NCBI GenBank assembly: GCA_051362555.1
Contig: CM120643.1
Coordinates: 17,488,848 to 17,552,847, forward strand
Length of the DNA stretch: 64,000 bases
Direction of reading: 5' to 3'
DNA from: Lingula anatina
Lineage: Eukaryota > Animalia > Brachiopoda
The notes beneath the pieces were generated by a model. It was not told where the DNA came from and ran no database searches. It worked only from the letters and a program-made list of their open reading frames with translations. The position numbers were made by a program, and so were the translations under genes. Positions 1 to 11,700 of this stretch are shown piece after piece; positions within the stretch are counted from its first letter, which is position 1, and each line of letters begins with the position of its first letter.

Positions 1-156
1 TGATTTTTTTTTCTTTTTGTGCCAATTGTAAATGTAAAAGTTACTAAAATTATCAAAATATTATTCTTTTCTACTCGGTAAACACCAATATCTGTTTATG
101 TGTCAGCCTTACTGTATAGTTTGATTCCTTCATTTAGTTATGCTATTAATTTTCAG

Positions 157-1693
157 AGCGGGCCATGGCACACTGTGGTTCCCAAGAAGTTCTCATAGTA
201 GGAGGAGTGGGGTGTAAGTGACCTCATATTTTATGCATTATAGAATTATATGGATTACAAGAAATGTATATTACATAATGAGACATTGTGTATTTTATCA
301 TTTTATTTATCCTTGATAGAATAAAATACAATTTCCACTGGCTTAACTTACTAATAACACAGATAAAGAAAGTGTATGTTCACACATAGCCATTGATTGT
401 CATGGTGTTTTTAAGGTGGAAACTTCAGAAACCAAAAAGAAAGATAATTTAATTATCATGGTTATTTGATGGCTGAGGTGGGATCAGTCTGTGACAATGG
501 ATGGTGTATTTAAAGTCAACCAAAAAGTGAATCAGTCAGTCAGTGGAAAATGTTTCTATTTCTTCTTTTTCTGACAGAAAAGTATTTTAAGACCATACTT
601 TAGCTTGTAAAAATAATCATACTTTAGCTTTTTAATTACATTTTATATACATACTTACGTGCTACCACTAAAATATAAATCTTGTAAGTAATTTTGCACT
701 ACATTATATATGAAAACATGATTAAAACTGCCAAAACATGATTATTTGTACCAGTCATAGGTAGCAAAGATGGTGGTTAGATCACATTACTGGACTGAGA
801 GGAAGGTTTTGATATTAAGATGTTGTATTCCATTTTTGAATTGTTTTCAATTTCAGGTAATGAGAGATTGCAGGAGATGATGGGAAAAATGGCTGAGGAG
901 AGAGGGGCCACACTTTTTGCCACAGATATGAGGTATCTTACTGACAGCTGTGGTAGTAGGAAAAAGAAAGTTTTTTATGAATTTCGAATAAGTTTCAGCC
1001 AAGTTGTAACAGGAAAAGAACTGTTAAGTAAACTAACACCCCATTTCCATAGATTAGATTGACCTACTTTAGATCGACCTAACTCCCTGGGGGTTCACGC
1101 TAAATAGCTGTCAGCTGGGCGGACACGAAAGTTAATAACCTCCTTACAGCTTGTAGTAGGCGGGACGGATATTTAAGTCGGATTATCTGAAAGTAATCTA
1201 GTGAGACTCCCCGCGGGGATAGATCGATCTAAAACCTATGGGAATAGAGCCTAAGTTACTACTATCAGTCAGTCAGCACATAGCCAGGGTAGCTTACATA
1301 CAAATCTCAGTTGGTATCAACTCTTGTCCATGTGTTGTTTTTGTTATATATGTATATATTTTGTACTAGTTGCATCTAAGTCACAGATAAGATGTACCAG
1401 ACAGATGAAATAATTCTCTTTTGCAGGTTCTGCATCGACAATGGCGCGATGATTGCTCAGGCAGGATGGGAAATGTTTAAATCTGGACAAATAACGCCAT
1501 TAGAGGAAACTTGGTGCACGCAAAGGTACGTATCTTAGTCCAGAAACCTCATCACACAACATACATTCCATAATCATTATTGAATTATGAGTAATGCAAT
1601 GTGCCTTTTTGGGGGGGGAGAAATCACATATTCTGATTTTTTTAAATGTTTCACAGGTATAGAACAGATGAAGTGGAAGTGACATGGCGGTGA
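157..1693 (+). CDS. OSGEP: tRNA N6-threonylcarbamoyladenosine transferase OSGEP/Kae1, last four coding exons (157-213, 857-932, 1427-1525, 1657-1693); 5' part lies outside the window
   Basis: Spliced translation [89 protein letters not shown] matches the OSGEP C-terminus. All introns are GT-AG with compatible phases. Stop TGA at 1691-1693. Confidence 0.96.
1037..1251. mobile_element. Tourist/Harbinger-like MITE in an OSGEP intron
   Basis: Imperfect TIRs (caccccatttccatag...tagatcgacct / tagatcgatct...ctatgggaatagagcc), flanked by TAA at 1034-1036 and 1252-1254. A related copy lies at ~47131-47380. Confidence 0.6.
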
Positions 1694-2298
1694 TGGCATA
1701 TACAAATGAAATGAAAGTCAACCAACCTTCACAGGGCAGCCAATGACACAATTTATTCTTATAGGTGGACTTATTGTAAGAAAATACAGTACAGAAATGG
1801 TGATGTACAATATGGATTGAATGAAAATTTACACAGGTTAAGTAATAGACAGAAAAAAAAAGAAAATCATTAACACTGCAGGATGTCTACATGGTGTAAG
1901 AAAATTGTTTCTGTTCTGAAAACAAATTCCAACATATTTGCTGAGTTTTATAGTCATAGTCTCTAGCTGTTGATAATTGTTCAAGTCTTCATCATCATTG
2001 CAATGAAAAAAATACTCTCTCCCAGCATGTGGTAGATTTGTTCATGCCACTAACACTGTATGCATTTCAAAACCAACATATTAACTGCAAAGAACAATGA
2101 ACTTAAAATTAAACAACCTGTAACAGCATATTTAATGCTAAATACAACTCCATCTGCACAATTTGCAGGTTACAACTTATAACTGCACAAGTCGCAGCAA
2201 CAAACAGCATATTCATTTCTAAATTCAACTCCATCTGCGCAATTTATCAAGACTAATATCCACATGATGATACATATTACAAGTCTAGATAATATGTA

Positions 2299-4123
2299 TC
2301 ATCGCATCGTATAGAAAATGATAATTGGGGTCTTCTCTGGCTCTGGCTCTGGCTGATCTGGTTCCTGGTGCAGTTGTTTGTGAAGAAGAGCTACTAGATG
2401 AGGTAGATGCCAACTGAAATTCACCAGCACTGGCCATGCCCCCCCCCCCCCCCCCCCCCCAATCATCTGGGCCATTAACTGCATCATTTGCAGTTCATGG
2501 TGCATTGGGTATCTCTTTCAGCCCTCTTGGCATCCAGGTGTCTCGCTTCTGCTGTTCTCTCCATGCTAAAGCGCTCCTGTTCTAACTTGACAAGAGCTGA
2601 CATTGCACTGTCAGATTTTGCTGAGAAGGACTCTGCGGCATCATCAATAATACTTTTAAATATGTCTGCCTTGGACTTCTTCTTTCCAGATTTACTGGCT
2701 GTAATGATATATGCAAAGACATTATACATTGAGCAGTCCTCGAAAATAATTGAGACATACTTTTTATTTTACATGTAACTTTCAAAAACAAAATAATGCT
2801 AAGTTCAACTTAATACATACTCCAGTATCATTTAACTTAAAGCTATTGAACTGATCAAAATGTGTCAGTACAAGTTTGTATCTAATTTTGGAGCTTTTTT
2901 CACAAACATTAGAGTATTATCATCATCATCATCATTTTCAATTATTCTCTTACGAGCTGAAAAGCAAAATAAATATTTAAAAGAAATAGCATGTGGCAAA
3001 GTAAGGCAAATAAATATATCATATGACATTAATTACAAAAAGGAAGCTCCTTAACACCACTTAATTCTGGTATGCTAAAAATTTTGAATTTCTGCTGTAA
3101 CAGAAGGCTGTTGTAGTATATATAATTATACCTTAAAGTTATTATTCAAGATGCATGTATATTTTGGTAAAGAAGATACCTTGTCCACAGGCCTGTGCCT
3201 TCTCATCTCTCTCTTCTTCTTCTGTTGTATCTTGAGAGGAGCACTCAGCAGAATCTTCATCTGTGTAAATAAAACTTGTAATATATATTCAAGCTTTAAA
3301 CAAGTCGCATAAAAATGAATAGCTTAAGTACTGCCACAGGCAATAATAAACTTGTTACTTCTACAAAACACCCACAATGCTATAAATGCTGGTACTTTTA
3401 GTAAGTAGCATTTGCCATAACAATAAAATAATACAAACCCTCTGCTATCATTTACCTTTTTTACATCACCATGCATGAAATGGTTCCTAGAAAATGGGTT
3501 CATGCCATGCACATATTCCTTCTTCACCTCTCCTTGTGTCCATTGTGAACACAGGTCTTGTGGTAGCTTTATCACCCAGGATATTGTCCAATTCTTTTTC
3601 ATATTTGTAGGGTGGCTTCCTCCCAGCCCCTGACCTGTTGTGTTGGTCCCTGAATTTACAGTACTCCTGTGTCATATTCCTAATTTTGTTCTTCACCTCC
3701 AACTCTGTTAATTCATCACCACATTCGTCCTGTACGTTGTAACATAAAATCAATATAAAGCACTTTTTTCTTCTGTCATGCACAACTAGTGCCAATAATA
3801 CTAGTGCATACTGGTAAATTTTTGAACAACACATTGAAGTATTTCATGTTTTTATGGAAGATGTGTTATGAGTGTAATATAGTATTTTCTTCCATTATTT
3901 TTGATCACAGACTGGGCGTTGCCTGATGCTGGCAAGGTAAATTTATTATCTGCTTAATGATGAACATCAATAAGTTAGGCTTACTTTAATCCTCATAGTG
4001 ATGTCCCTATAGACTGGCTTTTTTTTTAGAAGTTCGGTCTAACTTCTGTTTCATACTTTCAACGGCCCAAATATTGAGTAATGCTGCTACTGATTGTTCA
4101 GACCAATACGTCCTCGTGGCCAT
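2299..4123 (-). pseudogene. Spliced Myb/SANT-like DNA-binding protein gene (PIF/Harbinger accessory ORF type), frameshifted
   Basis: Exons: 4123-3985 (MATRTYWSEQSVAALLNIW...KKPVYRDITMRIK after a frameshift in an A9 run), 3729-~3517 (DECGDELTELEVKNKIRNMTQEY...RSGAGRKPPYKYEKELDNILG), ~3260-3180 (acidic), ~2955-2873, ~2698-2299 (coiled coil, HELQMMQLMAQM). This is the Myb/SANT + acidic + coiled-coil layout of Harbinger ORF2. Confidence 0.75.
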
Positions 4124-4240
4124 TTTGATGCCTGCGAAGAAACTTGAGACCGCGTGGACAGTCTGTTTTCTTTCACTTTCGATGGACATGTAAGACACTG
4201 TGCACCCGCCTAAAGTCCTCAACATCCGGTGCAAACATGG

Positions 4241-4422
4241 ATCCCATTCTCACTAGAAATTTTATACCACAATTAAAGTTAACATTGATAGAATCCACCT
4301 CTCGATTAGGATTAATTTGAATTACGATTTGGCATCTCTACTGCATTTACACTAGAGGCTTTACATTGATAGAATTGCAATTTGGCATTAATCGCGATTG
4401 AAAATGTCTGGTATGGACAGGG
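4241..4422. mobile_element. Probable Harbinger terminus with repeated subterminal motif
   Basis: Motifs cccattctcactag (4242), gcatttacactag (4343) and inverted ctggtatggacaggg (4408-4422) lie just upstream of the Myb gene. The RecQ remnant is cut off at about 4422. Confidence 0.5.
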
Positions 4423-4700
4423 AAATAATCAATCACAAGGTTAATATCTTTGAGATCAATGCCCATGCCTAGTGCATCAGTACTACTACTCAGTAATTTC
4501 CATCAAGTTTCTGTAAGTCATTAGCAATGAGCTGTTGTTTGTCCTTAGGTGTGCTGTGAAAAAACATAGCGAATAAACGATTATGCGAGGACGGTGGCTT
4601 ATTGTCATTTATATGACTATCCTGTCCCAGCTCAGCCAATAGCATGGCATAAGTGTCTGCACAATCTTTGACAGATTTGCAATTTGGCATTAATTCAGAA
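4423..4700 (-). pseudogene. RecQ-like SF2 helicase C-terminal fragment (AcademH transposon-type), decayed
   Basis: Minus-strand translation ...CKSVKDCADTY...LFAMFFHSTPKDKQQLIANDLQKLDGNY*VVV, then after a frameshift STDALGMGIDLKDINLVIDY. This is helicase motif V (ATxALGMGID...VIxY) of RecQ-like proteins. Confidence 0.7.
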
Positions 4701-5689
4701 CATGTTAACTGCCATGTATGCATGTAACCCTGTGTTGAGGCATAAGCTGCATGTAAGCTATAATATGAAATGACCATCAGGTTCTTCACGATTACACCAA
4801 AGGACTGCGACCTCTTGTCATTTTAAGTAAGGTAAAGCTTTTGTGTGTACTTCATTTTCTGCCATTTATTGGTAATGAAAGAAATCAAATTTGACTGAAT
4901 GTACACATGGCTCAAGAAACACCTCCACTTTCATCTGATGCTATGGTAGCTTTTTTCGAGCTTTGTTCTGCATCATCTTCCCCCCTTAGGAGACCATTCT
5001 CTGTTTTTGATAGACATTTTTCTATGTGTGTCATATACCACAAAACATTTTTCATATTTTTTAAACTGGAATCAATCACTTTTTTTCCCCAGGATTTTAA
5101 ATTCTTAATGACTGCCTGTCTTTTAACACTGCAAGAGGTGCAGGTATCATCTGACTTGCATGTATTTAACACGTTGGACAGATATTTGTGCCCTTGGTCT
5201 GAGCTTTTTTTACAGAAGTTTCCATACTATTATGAAAGGGTCATCAGATAAGTCTCATCTCTCAGAGATTAACTTGATGAGAAGAGGTTTTTTTTGCATT
5301 TTCTTTACTCTGACAGTCAGGGAGGGGATACAAACCATTTTTTGTGATCCAAATTTGAAACATTGTTTCACTTTGGTCTGGTTATTAAATCCACGTCTGT
5401 TGTCATGTTGACTTTGACCTGTACATTGACCTCTTCATTGACCTTCATTTGGAAACTCTGTACGGTGCCCTGTTTGTGTTGATATCCTCCTCTTCCCATG
5501 TCACACCAACTGTTGCATCTAGGTATTGTGTCATGCCAATCTCGCAATTGCATATGCCATCCATCAACTGATCTAATCAACGTTGTTGCTGTAAAATCTG
5601 TTTAGACTGTTCTTGAAGTAATTTTAAAATTTCATGCATAACCCCTGACACTTTTTGGCTCTGACCAGTCTTACCAACCCAATCTATTG

Positions 5690-7497
5690 CAGACCTGCCA
5701 AGGGGGTATAACAACTTTGCTGGAGATTGGTTGAAATTTTGCTTGAGATTGGACAAATTTGCTCAAATTTTGCTTGAGGTTCCTGGCGATGTCTTCACTA
5801 ACTATCAAACTTTAAATATCCTAAAATATAAGACTTAACTAGTCATATTACTTTAATAAAAAACATTTTATTTCATGTAAACGATATTACATCCTCTTTA
5901 TAATAAAGAATACCCATAATAATGCCAATACAATTGAGGAGGTCTTAGACCAGTCATTACAAGACAGACTTCACTCAATTTTTATGAGCTTTATTGTAAT
6001 TCCAAGTTGCTTTCTTAGCATTGTTTAGCATTGATTTGCTTGGTCGGAACTCGTGGCAAGGTACTTCAAAGAACTGATTTACCTTACATGTGGTTATGGA
6101 TGACAGGGTGCCTTCAAGAGCCAGATCAGCCCTACTCTTAATTTTGTTTTTCCCTATCATACTGAAAACCCTTTCAGCATCAGCATTGCTATGTGGGATA
6201 GTGAGAACCAGTTTAGCTACTTTTGAAAGAATAGGAAATTTCAAATTCTCAGACGCATCCTTAACCTTGGAGAGATGCTCCCAAACAATATCCATTCTTA
6301 GGAAATTCTGTCCTTTTGTTCCAGTTACTGTAGCTAACTTAACAACACTGTCAGGTAAGTCAGATGAGGTCTTGTAGGCTATAAGTTCATCATGTAGGAC
6401 ATCCAGATTGAGATTCCTGAAGAAATTGGGATACCTGTTGATAAAAAACTCAACAGAGGATATATCTACACTGAGCCTTGTCTCATAGTTCACAAAGGAT
6501 GCATGCCTTAATACCTGATGATTCAGAGGGAAGTTCTTCTTCATATATGTGACACAGGAAGTGTAGAAGTTACGTACAGCTGTGTAAAATTTTGTGAAAT
6601 GATTTGGATCTACTGTATCATCCAACCTGTTCAGAAGTTGCTTGGTCATAAACCCTATGAACAGGTTGCTGTCTGAGACTTGTTTCTCAGTATCCAAGAA
6701 CACAAGCTGTAACAACTCTTCATTGGTTCCTACCAACAGTTCAGGTTGTATGCATTTACTAAAGAGTTTCCGAATAAGTGAAAACAAAGAATCCTAGAAG
6801 CATAGATCATTGGTGCATCCCTTTGAAGCAAAAGGTTTATATGAGTAAATATAGGTAATACAGCTTGGTAAAACATCAGATATACTTCAGTCATAGGGTT
6901 CTCAAAATGTGCTTTTAATCTCTGAAGCCTGGGGCATCCATCGTCCTCTGAAAGGAAATAGGCTCTCAGCCCTTCATACTGACTCAGTATACACTCAACA
7001 ACAATTTCTAGGTTCAACCAACGAACACTCATGTACTTCAATATCTTTCTGTAGTCTCTATCACAGAACGTACAAAATTCTGCCAGGAGATTCTTTCTTT
7101 TTGTCGAATAGTCAAACCAATAAAAAACTTCTACACATAGATCCCCAACATCGAAGTTTAAAGTCGTTGCAAATGCCTTGCTGCTGTGACTGGCAGAGTT
7201 GTGTACAATGTGGCAGGGGCACCCCATAAAATACACAGAATTATTTTTTTCCAACACTCTTGTCATGATTGAGTTTCTCCTTCCCAGATTTACACTTATA
7301 TTATCTACTGAGAAAGCAACACAACTCTGCCACTCAAGCTCATGCTTTGACAATGACTCATGTATTTCTGTGAAGATCCCCTCTGCTGTTGAACTGCTGG
7401 TTGAGCACATTTCCAGAAATCTCAGACATACTTGACCCCTGTTTACATCAAACAATCTAACACATAAAGGGTACATTTTGTTTAGGTCATTGTCATT
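5690..7497 (-). mobile_element. hAT DNA transposon, 3' half (5' end deleted)
   Basis: Terminus CAGACCTGCCAA at 5690-5701 with subterminal ttgct(g/t)gagattgg repeats. Transposase ORF runs up to the junction at 7497. Confidence 0.8.
5975..7497 (-). pseudogene. hAT transposase (catalytic core plus dimerisation domain), one frameshift, 5'-truncated
   Basis: NDNDLNKMYPLCVRLFD (remnant of the first catalytic DGSND motif), SVDN, GCPCHIVHN, VRWL, and the C-terminal LVLTIPHSNADAERVFS dimerisation motif. ORFs 6730-7500 and 5975-6787 are joined by a frameshift near 6790. Confidence 0.9.
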
Positions 7498-10400
7498 CAC
7501 GCGTTCTCAATAAGACGTTACAATTGCAGGGGAGAATTTTCCAAAAAAGTTACCTCTGTAAATACTATTCTTAGCGATGTTTTTGAAATGCATATATGTT
7601 AAGGCTTGCAAATAAGAATTTTCGGCATCAAGATCCCATATGGTACGATGTTACAGTGTTTCAATAGCAGGCATCACGAAGCCCTAAATTGGTCACTGTT
7701 ATGTACGTTACGCTTGACAGCACCTCAAAGAAGTGAATCCTGGCTCCATAAAAGATGCCTCAACTCCATTTGAATCAGAGTTTCTTATCGACTGGGAAGA
7801 ATAGAAGGTAAAATCACGGATGCAATCGGAACTAACGTTTAATCAAGCAAACTTGGGTAAGGAAACGATACAGTTAAAATATGGACGAGAAAATTTTCGA
7901 TATCAATGCAAATACGTTGTTCTGGTAAACTAGGTGGCTTGCTACGCCAGCATTGCAAAGCTATTCATTATGCTCTTCCTACTTTGAAAAACAGAAGAGG
8001 TCTTGGAAGTAGTAATGGTTTGGCGATAAATGGAATTACCATGAAACACAGCTGCATTTCCTGAATGATGTTAAAGGTAACGTACATTTCAACTTTTAAG
8101 AACTGACATCTACTTACTCGTCTAAAAATAAAATGACTTGATGAAGTCACCTGCCGAAAGCAAATGATATCCAGAGTACATCGTAATCGAAACTCATCGA
8201 TTTCACAACTGAACCGAGTATAATTAATGTCGTTAAACAGAATTCAACAGACCGTAACGTACATTACAGAAGTTTAGCTGTAGGTATGCTATGTAGACCC
8301 TACTACAACATGCACTCATCGCAGATGTAATCACCCCGGCCATCGTATGCTGAGCAGGATCCGTGCGCCCAGTGCAAGCACCTTTTGCACTGAAGCCAAT
8401 CTTCCCGGATGGGTTTGATGTACTGCTCATTGCAGAACAAGCAGAAGTAATTCTGAACGAGTGACATGCTGCTGCCTTTTCTTTTTGGTACAGGCTCCTT
8501 CATACCTGTGGCCTTCCCCCTGTTACTCTTTCCTTTCCCTTTTCTACCCTTGCCTTTAGCCTTGGTGGAATCTACCCGTGAAGACTTGTTAATGCTTGAC
8601 GTTACAGATACACCAGACGGCCCGGGCCGGACACCTTCGGACGCAATATGCAGACTGGGTTTCTCGGAGGTCTGAGCTGTGACCAGCGATTCTGTGGTCC
8701 ACGTGCTACATAGGGCCCCTCCAAGACATATATCGCAATAACAGCTGACATCACGAATGGCCACCTGCGAATTGCCCAGGCCCACTACCGCGTGCAGTTT
8801 GAATGTGCCCTTCAGTGGTTTGAGACGTTGTTCACTTTTAATTTTTTCGGCCATCTTCGCACACTCCTCGGAGGAAACAAACAGAAAGGTAACTGCTTTC
8901 ATTGTGGATCCTTTCGCCCAAGAATAAAAATCAGCAGCATCCTGAATGGTGACTTTGCCGCTGTTGACAGCAAGATCGGCCATGCGCTTTGTGGTCCCCC
9001 CAAGGCCATCGCATGGACCCTTCCCATGGCCAGATTCAAAGTAGTTCCACTTCGGTTTGACGCCGTGAATGGCTTCATGGTTGGCCACCATGTTGAAAAT
9101 AACCTTGTTGCGGTACTGGCTTGTGGGGGAATCAGTCCAGTAGTGGACCATGGCCAACTGCGGGTCACTTTGTATCAGCAATGGTATCAGTTTATCTACG
9201 ATTGCTCTGACCGTTGAAGTGACGTGAGCCAACTCGTCAGAGACAAAGACGAAGCTGCTGTGACGCAGTTCCTCGCTGTCCCGTCGATACACAACGGCAG
9301 GATGCAGTGTGACCCCTGCCTGATTCCAGTAAGCAGATTGGATTTCTTCGATGCTTCTGCATGCATAGTTCTCCGCGAAGTCCATGTGAACAACCGCGTG
9401 ATGCTCAGGTAGTTTCTCCTTCAGTGTCCTTATCTGTTCGTATTGCGTTCGGAGGCACGAAACGTGTTCCCTGAATTCTTCTGTCATGGTCTGAAGTTTC
9501 TCCACAAACTCGGCTCTCATGAGTTTGTAATCCACGATGCACATTACGGTTTTTACTTTGCCCTTTTCTTCTTTCTTTACTCTGGCCCACTGCGCAAACT
9601 CAACATCGTCCGGGAGCCTGGTATCTAGTTCCGGGATGATGTCTTTCAAGTAGGCTTCTGGGTTAGGGGTGACACTGATTCCTTCTCGTCGCACGGCTTT
9701 TAACATCAGGGCCATGTTTTGGTGCTTTGTACAGAGGCAGGAAGATCTTGTGATGAAGCTCGTTATCCGTATGTGTCTTGGGCGAATTCAGCAAACTAGA
9801 TAACGAAATGCTGATGTTTGGATTCTCTGACAAGAACTTCGCGTGGAGATGCTTCATGTAGTCGGTTAAGACTCTACATTGAACCTTTTGCCCGCTGGAA
9901 TCTTTCGTGTAGTCTGACTTTCCTGGCAGCGATCGACTGTTATCATCTCTTTCAAGAAATGAAATTACATCATCTCCATGTTTTTATCGTACGCTTCCGT
10001 TTTTCCTTCGCCAAGTCCACCCATTTCATGTTTATAGCATGGAGCTTCTGTCTTGAGAAGCCGGTGAGCTTGCTGAGAATGCTCATGCACCGGTATTTGC
10101 GCACAAGTTTCCCACTAACGACTAGCCGCAAGACTCCTCAACCTGTTACGCTTGTTCTCTGTTGCACGTTTACTGGCATTTATCTCGCTTAGTAATACGT
10201 TACCAAAGACCTAACGACTGAACGCTGAGCGTGTGTCAAACCGGCACTTGTCATAACTCGCTCCGCGCTGCTTTTCGGTGTTGTCGGCGAAGAACGCGGT
10301 AAGGTTCGCTTGTCCATGCGTTTGCGATATCGATCAGCTTTTCTAGTTGCAGCTCTGTTGCGCCGTTCAAATGAGCGAACTTTCATGTGCAGCCTCTCAA

Positions 10401-11000
10401 TTTCCCTGTTAGCTCTAGACAAGGCCCTGCTAGTTCTTCTGCGAGCACCTTCACGACGATTTGGCCAAGCAAAATCGAGACGCACTACTAAGTTACGATC
10501 GCTGGCAGTGTCATAACCACTGGTGGAGGCATCCAGATCGTCTTCCGCATCAATGTCCGCTAGTGCCCTCGCGGCATCAAGCTTTTTCTGGCGACATCGC
10601 TGCACCCGCTCCCTGTTTACGGAATTACGCTTCTCCCGCTCTCTTTTCGGAAGGTCCGCCGCTTTAACGTAGTACTTCATTCGCCTGGCACATTCTTTGT
10701 CCAAGTATCGTTGGCCTTCTTTTTCTTTTTTGCGTTCGCAATATTCTCGCTGAATCTCGGCCCTCGATTTCGGCATGATTCTGAAAGGTAATGTAAAGAA
10801 ATGTACGTTACCCGATAATGAAATGTCTGTTACCCACATATATCATGTACAATGGCTCCCTCTATTGCAAGACACCACCGTCTTATCGAACTCAGGCACA
10901 CGCCTAACCGTAGCGCGGAGCCAGTTCATGCTACAGACATCAACTGTGCAAGAATAGGGTCTTTCAGACCTGATGTTAGGTAGGTATATGCAATTCTGTG
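7498..11000 (-). mobile_element. 3.5 kb GC-rich DNA transposon, Sola2-like transposase, 5'-CAC termini
   Basis: Both ends are defined by abrupt truncation of the flanking hAT and Gypsy reading frames. Ends read CACGCGTTCTCAATA (left) and CACAGAATTGCATATA (right, reverse complement). Subterminal motif (a)atgtacgttac occurs at 7701 and 10800 and inverted at ~8077 and ~8253. Confidence 0.7.
8303..10776 (-). pseudogene. Sola2-like DDD transposase with C-terminal PHD finger; several frameshifts in the 5' third, 470-aa catalytic ORF intact (8303-9715)
   Basis: ATG at 10776 (MPKSRAEIQREY) after a ctttcag acceptor. Frameshifted pieces VVSGKLVRKYR, FLERDDNSRSLPGKSD, CLCTKHQN. Then HMDFAENY..QSAYWN..TLHP..VSDELAH..WTDSPTSQYRN..WNYFESGHGKGPCDGLGG and the C4HC3 PHD CLFC...WLQCKRCLHWAHGSC...YICDEC. 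The Sola2 assignment is from motif recall. Confidence 0.8.
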
Positions 11001-11606
11001 AGTAAGCCTTTAAAATAGCCGATTTCACCTTTTCTTAGCTTTCTGCTTAACTGAGAGCTGAATACACCTCAGCAGCTTTCCCTACCAAAACACTTTGTAA
11101 AAGTGTGGGCCATACTTCAAACGGCCATTGGAGATGTTCTGCTATTTTTTCAAATTGTGGGAAAAATTTATCAACTGATTTTTCTTGGAATTTAGGAACT
11201 AACCTAATGTTCTTTGCCGCATCAAATTCATACCTGACATGTGAAGTTGATCTTTCACTGTGCTCTAATCTTAGTTTTTCCAACTGAAACTGCCTATCTT
11301 TATCTCTTTCTTCTCTTTCTAACCTTTCTTTTTCTAACTGAAACTATCTATTCTTAACTTCTCCAGTTCAAATTCATACTCTGAAATGTTGGTTTCTGCC
11401 TTAACTATTGGCAGTAAATCATCAGACTTAAATATTTGTTCATCTACAAGTTTCTTCACTACTATTCCTCTAATCTCTTGTTTTTTCATGGATGATTTCA
11501 CAACTAAATTGAAATGTAAAGCTATGGCAACTAAGTCATCTTTTTTCAAAGCTTCAAAGTCTGCCACCGTAGGAGATTGGAGAAATTCGGTGACAGAGAA
11601 TACCAT
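11001..11606 (-). pseudogene. Gypsy/Ty3 (Gmr1-like) gag, 3'-truncated
   Basis: MVFSVTEFLQSPTVADFEALKKDDL..., FDAAKNIRLVPKFQEKSVDKFFPQFEKIAEHLQWP...LLQSVLVGKAAEVYSAL...VKSAILKAY. Contains stops and a frameshift. Confidence 0.85.
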
Positions 11607-11679
11607 GGTGGAATTGATTTCTGCTGGCTACTGTAGTAAATTTGCACACAAAAATTGCCACCGATAAGAAAATCTAAAC

Positions 11680-11696
11680 TCCCGGACGAGCCCCCA
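11680..11696 (-). other. Primer-binding site complementary to the tRNA-Pro 3' end
   Basis: TGGGGGCTCGTCCGGGA lies 4 nt downstream of the LTR 3' end (...GTAACA). Confidence 0.85.
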
Positions 11697-11700
11697 ATTC

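Noticed and set aside
4840-5600. Short ORFs as a protein-coding gene
   Set aside because: Broken by stops and frameshifts with no motif I can identify. Probably TE debris.
7498-11000. RAG/ProtoRAG-like transposon (CAC termini plus PHD finger)
   Set aside because: There are no RAG1/Transib core motifs, Kelch repeats or heptamer-nonamer signals. The catalytic motifs are Sola2-like and the PHD is fused to the transposase.
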